Source of the DNA: Diplonema japonicum
Taxonomy: Eukaryota; Protista; Euglenozoa: Diplonemea
Assembly (NCBI GenBank): GCA_964019335.1
Contig: OZ025682.1
Coordinates: 526,176 to 590,175, forward strand
Direction: 5' to 3'
Length of the DNA: 64,000 bases
A program made the translations under genes and the position numbers. Under the pieces are notes generated by a model, which worked only from the letters and a program-made list of their open reading frames with translations, did no database searches and was not told where the DNA came from. Below, in pieces: positions 59,334 to 64,000 of the stretch. Position 1 is the stretch's first letter, and every line of letters starts with the position of its first letter.

Positions 59334-61568
59334 GGGTACGCAGCGGCGAAGGCGGAACACTACAAGCGCCAGAAGTATGAGGCGGAGCTCGCCAAGACAC
59401 GCGTGGCCTTTGTACCTTTCGCGATGGAGACCTTTGGGGGGTTCGGGGAGGCAGCAGTCTACCTCACGAAGAAACTGTCCAGGAGCATAGCTGCGCGGGC
59501 TCACGGGGACAGAGTCTCGATACACAGGCGTGTGGTCCAAGAGGTGTCAACGGCCATGATGAGATCGATAGCAGGGGCGCTGTTAGTCAAAGGGCCTGTA
59601 CAGTTGGATCCAGGGCCCCCGGTACCGGACGGCGAAGAGGAAAAAAAGGACAACGAGGAAGCGAACAACGAACCCAACACTGAATCCGACACTGACCTCA
59701 CAGAGGACTCCTTCGGCAATGAAAAAACCACCGAAGCTGAGGAGTCGTCCGAGAGGGAAGTGAAGGGACAGGGAGGCGGACCCCCAATCACGGTGGCCCA
59801 CCAGCTGGATGCCCTTCTGGAGCAGACGAAGAAGGACCTGGACGCCCGAATGCAGCAGCAGCGAAAGGCGGAACCGGTGGAGGGTGGAACACAAGGGAAA
59901 GCGGGAGCAGGACTCGAAGCAGCCTCGCCGGGAGGAGAAGACACGGAGATGGCCGGAACAGGATCCAGCGAGAGGGCTGGGCAGGGAGGGGAGCTTGACC
60001 CGAAGGCCCAGGAAGATGGGAAGAGACAAGGGGCGACTGACGCTGCGGTGAACCAGACCTTGGACCAGTGTCCTAAGGGGGATACGGAGGCCCAGAGGGA
60101 CTCGAACAAGGGGGACCAGAGTGCGACAACTGCTACGAGGAAGATGACCGTGAGCGAATTCTGTAGGGAACAAGCTGCGAAGAGACAGGGCGGTGGGAGG
60201 ACTCTGAAGCCGCAGGCGGATGACGCCCCCGAAGGGACCAAAGAGGGCGGGAACGCACCGAGCGGAGGCAGCCAGTCGGGGCCTGACACACCTAGGGGTG
60301 GGATCCAGACGCCGGAGGGAGATCAGCTGATGGGAGTCGGGGCACCGGAAAGGGAACAGCAGGTGGAAGTAGGGGGAGACTTCGTTCAGCTTGACCCGAT
60401 TGATGTGGTGATGGGCATCCCAATTCCGAGAGCGATGGTGCCACTGAGGGCGAGGCCGGGGGACCGACTGCTCAAGTTCATCATCCAGTTCGAGGGCCGG
60501 GTGGAGATCATCCTTGAAGAAGGAACGGACCCTGGAAGGGAGAGGACTGAGGAGATGCTTCTTGCGAAGGCCGAGTCGCTGGGTGTTCCACTGGAGGTGG
60601 CTATGGCTGGCCAGATTGGTATCGCTGGACTTGGACACATGATGGTAAAGCAGTACTTCGCAAGCTTGGAAGGTGGGTCGGACGGAGAGCGCCGCAGCCG
60701 CATTGTGGGTTGTGAGGTGCAGAAGTCGGAAACATACCGCGAGTTCGAGTTCCCGAGGACGGTCCAGGATTTCCAGATCACGTACGCGTGTGGGTGTTCG
60801 GCGGTGCAACCTGTTCGTTTCAAGGGTGGCGTGCTCAAGGGGACTCTGGAAACGGCATGGAGGGTGGTCAAGTTGCAGACCCGGGGGTGCAGACACCACC
60901 CGACACCGGGGAAGGAAGGGGTAGTGGGCATTGCGGCGGGAGCCGGCGCTACCAAGGTGACACTACGTGAGTTCTTGGAGAGGTGCGACGCAAGGATAAG
61001 GGCCCCAGTGGGAAAGGTCAAGGACCTGATCAAAGTGAAGGCGTGGGTGAGGGATGGAAGGAAGGTCACCCTCGACGTCTACGAGGGGAGGGGGCCCTGC
61101 GAGAAGGAGACGAGGCGCACTGTCCAGGACCATCTGCGGAAGATGGGTGTTGAAGAGGTCGACCTGCAGTCAGCGGTGGTGACGGTCCCGGGGTTGTTCG
61201 AGGACGTCTCCTTTGAGAGGTACCTTGGGCTGTTGGCCCGGAAGAAGGAGGAAGACAGGGAGAGGCGGCCTGAGGTGGTTGCCACGGACCTCCCCACCCT
61301 GGAAGAGCTGAAGTGGAGCAAGAAGGACAAGAAGCGGGCCCGGGCCCGATCGGCCAGTACTGACTCGGATTGTGTGGAGGGTGGCTACATCTATCTGAAG
61401 GGTACGGGGGCGGATGGCACCGTGGTCGAAGCCAACATATGCAGGGGTGAGCTCAAGGGGATGACCGGCCCCCAGTTCAAGTTCTTGGCGGAGCACAGGT
61501 TGATGGAAGAGCTGGGAGCGACGACCTGGTGCGGGACACGGTCAAGGTATTGGTATCGCTGGACTTGG
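59334..61568 (+). mobile_element. 5'-truncated non-LTR retrotransposon remnant (CRE/SLACS-type restriction-like endonuclease C-terminus + long C-terminal extension), interrupted at 61568
   Basis: Frame from 59334 reads GYAAAKAEHYKRQKYEAEL...FVPFAMETFGGFGEAA...KLSR...VSTAMMRSIA, the typical end of an RLE domain. GC/purine-rich and intronless; no RT domain visible in the window. Confidence 0.75.
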
Positions 61569-61605
61569 CCAACGATTCTAAAGCTACAGTTTCTGTACTT
61601 TATTG
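61569..61605 (+). other. Spliced-leader (mini-exon) sequence, copy 1 (37 of 39 nt)
   Basis: CCAACGATTCTAAAGCTACAGTTTCTGTACTTTATTG. The 3' part CAGTTTCTGTACTTTATTG is the conserved kinetoplastid/diplonemid SL end, and the 5' part matches the diplonemid AACCAACGAT...AAAGCTA type. Confidence 0.9.
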
Positions 61606-61621
61606 GTCGTTCGTGTTCTTG

Positions 61622-61659
61622 ACCAACGATTCTAAAGCTACAGTTTCTGTACTTTATTG
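61622..61659 (+). other. Spliced-leader sequence, copy 2 (38 of 39 nt); 54-nt tandem period with copy 1
   Basis: ACCAACGATTCTAAAGCTACAGTTTCTGTACTTTATTG. Both copies are followed by the same GTCGTTCGTGTTCT. Confidence 0.9.
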
Positions 61660-62008
61660 GTCGTTCGTGTTCTGCTGGTGCCTGCCGCCTCTGCCTGGGT
61701 TTGCCGCTGCGTCCGTCGTCCGTCGTCGCCGTCGTCCGGGGGGGTTGTTTTGCCCGTCGGCCTGCCCGCCGCTCAACGAAAGGATCCCCTCCCCCCCAAC
61801 ACACACTATAAAACAAAAAAAAAAAAAATGGATCCAAGACGACTCGCAGGAGGAGGTGACCGCAGCCGCAGCCGCAGCCCGCAGGAGCAAGCCCGCAGCC
61901 CGCAGCACGCGCCGAGACCCACCCAACCAGGCAATCTGGTTGGGCAGTATGAATCCCCACCCCCTAGATCCCCCCACCCCCCTTTAGAAAAAAAAAATAA
62001 TAAAATAA

Positions 62009-64000
62009 AAAAAATCACTAGCAGAGACCGCGGTTTTGACCGCCGCTGCTACAACCACGGCCGCCCCAGCCGCCCTGAACGCCGCAGCCGACCCTGCCGC
62101 CCTGATCGCCGCAACTGAGACCGCCGCAGCCGCCCCTGCCGCAGCCACGACCGCCGCGACCACGACCCCTGCAGCCGACCCTGCTATTGTTGAAGAGGGA
62201 AGAAAAGAGGGAGAAAAAAAGGGGTGGGTACTGGTGTATGGTGAACACCCTCCCGGGTTGAGGACGGGCCCGGCCCCTGCCTTCCCGAAAGCCCTGCTTT
62301 CAGGAAAGTGGGAGGCCCTGTCTGGGAACTCAGGGAGGGAGACCCTCCAATACGGGTACCGGTGGGAGGGGACGAACGCCAAGGTGCGCCCCACCACGGG
62401 GATCCCAGGGGGGGCGGAGGGGTGGGTGAGGGAGGTGGCCGCCGCCGCAGGGATCGAGGTGGTCCCCAACCAGGTACTTGTCAACAAGTACAAGTCTGGT
62501 TGTGGGATTGCCGCCCACAAGGACGACGCGAGGCTGGGACCGATTGTCCTAGTCCTCTCGTACGGAGCCGAGACCACAATGGTCATGAGGAGGGGGGACA
62601 GGGTGGCGAAATACCTGGTGCCCCCCTTCTCATGGGCATTGTTGGAAGGTGAAGCGAGACACCAGTGGACGCACCACATCCCGTCCGGGATGTCCACTGG
62701 TGTCAGGGTGTCGATCACCCTGCGTGCGGTAGGCCCCAAGCTCACCCGCACACCCCAGGAAGACTCATCCCCTGGGTTAACAGACGAACCCCCTTTTTTA
62801 GATCCCCTTTTTTGTGGGCAAGGGGGGGTGGCACTCCCAAGAGAGGATAGTGCCCCACCCGCCCCCCTTTTTTTTTTAGAACCCTCTTCGGAGGAAAACA
62901 GACCCTCTTCGGAGGAAAATAGAGAGAAAGGGGAAGAGGTGGCACTCCCGAGAGAGGGTGGTGCTCCTCCCCCCCATTTGTCCCCCCCTTTTTCATTTTT
63001 AGAGCCCTCTCCAGAGGAACCCTCCACGGAGGTAAAAAACAGACCCTCTTCGGAGGAAAACAGAGAGAGAGGGGAAGAGGTGGCACTCCCGAGAGAGGGT
63101 AGTGTTCCTCCCCCCCATTCGTCCCCCCCTTTTTCTTTTATAGAGCCCTCTCCAGAGGGACCCTCCACGGAGGTGAAAAACAGACCCTCTTCGGAGGAAA
63201 AAAAGGCAGAGGGAGAGACAGCACGCCCGAGAGAAGGTCCCTCTCTGCCCCCCATTTTTTCTGGACCCTCTACGGAGGTGTACACCCTGGTCCCCAAGGG
63301 CCGGGGGCTTTTTTTGAGGGTGGAAGGGAAAGAAAAAAAAAAAACAAACAAGGAGGAACCTTTTTTCTTTTCAAACAACCAGGGGGACCCAGCACCCACC
63401 CCCACCGCCCGCCTAGGTGTGGTTGGGGCGGAGGCTGCGAGCGACGTGAGAGCACCACTGCACACCCTTGTGAGAAGACAGAAAAGAGCCGGCAGGGAAC
63501 CTAAGCCAGCGCCCAAGCGGAAGAAGAACAGGAGGAGGCACAGGAGCGAAACGGCCCTTCAGAGGCGTCGGGAGAAGAGGACCAAGGCGAGGGAGGGGGC
63601 GAGGGAGGCTGCCAGACAGGAGAAGAAAAGGCACCGTCGTGCGAGGAAAGAAGGGAGCCCGCAAAACCCGCAAAACCCGCAAAACCCGCAAAACCCGCAA
63701 AACCCGCAAAACCCGCAAAACCCGCAAAACCCGCAAAACCCGCAAAACCCGCAAAACCCGCAAAACCCGCAAAACCCGCAAAACCCGCAAAACCCGCAAA
63801 ACCCGCAAAACCCGCAAAACCCGCAAACCCGCAAACCCGCAAAACCGCAAACCCGCAAACCCGCAAACCACAAACCCGCAAACCCGCAAACCCGCAAACC
63901 CGCAAACCCGCAAACCCGCAAACCCGCAAACCGCAAACCCGCAACCGCAAACCCGCAACCGCAAACCCGCAAACCCGCAAACCCGCAAACCCGCAAACCC
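62009..64000 (+). CDS. AlkB-family 2OG-Fe(II) dioxygenase-containing ORF, 3'-partial; likely start ATG 61828 with a 1-nt frame discrepancy near the A-run 62007-62014
   Basis: Not in the ORF track, probably because it has no stop before the window end. Reads GRETLQYGYRW...PNQVLVNKYKSGCGIAAHKD...VLSYG...LEGEARHQWTHHIP...RVSITLRAV. HxD at 62516-62524, distal His at 62672, RxxxxxR at 62705-62725. Confidence 0.85.
62881..63200 (+). repeat. 141-bp in-frame tandem repeat (~2.5 copies)
   Basis: AGACCCTCTTCGGAGGAAAA recurs at 62900, 63041 and 63182. Confidence 0.85.
63658..64000 (+). repeat. Minisatellite: 18 x CCCGCAAAA, then CCCGCAAA and variants to the window end
   Basis: Read directly from the sequence. 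It contains no T, so no + strand frame has a stop; the 9-mer encodes (PQN)n in the AlkB frame. Confidence 0.95.

Noticed and set aside
61569-61700. Functional SL RNA gene, or a CRISPR-like repeat-spacer array
   Set aside because: The first SL nucleotides are missing, and there is no consensus donor, Sm site or T-tract. There are only two repeats with identical following sequence, no cas genes, and the context is eukaryotic.
61984-63516. 510-aa minus-strand ORF
   Set aside because: It is the antisense shadow of the + strand AlkB frame and has no recognisable motifs.
63658-64000. Telomere
   Set aside because: The C-rich strand runs toward the right end (wrong polarity), and the unit is not the TTAGGG expected for Euglenozoa.

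Overview
Eukaryotic nuclear DNA from a euglenozoan, most likely a diplonemid. The evidence is an ATPTB4-like ATP synthase subunit, a diplonemid-type spliced-leader (SL) sequence, about 50 tiny GT-AG introns (mostly 29-56 nt) and the standard genetic code. All ~29 cellular genes lie on the + strand, often only 40-100 nt apart with an AG just before the ATG, as expected for a polycistronic, trans-spliced cluster. 1-23.5 kb: a four-domain cation channel with an unusual D/D/S/D filter, a CBM1 plus lysozyme-like secreted protein, an ENT transporter, a duplicated small mitochondrial-type gene, ATPTB4, and a tandem duplication of GRP94 around an intronless RNA-binding protein with two PARP-type domains. 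23.5-58.7 kb: compact housekeeping, cytoskeletal and CAZyme genes. The best novel-system candidate is 59.3-64 kb. There, a CRE/SLACS-type endonuclease retroelement remnant is interrupted by two tandem, near-full-length SL copies. These head an ORF missing from the supplied track that encodes an intact AlkB-family dioxygenase, 141-bp repeats and a (CCCGCAAAA)n array, i.e. a probable SL-capped, AlkB-carrying retroposon. Family assignments come from motif recognition by eye, not database searches.
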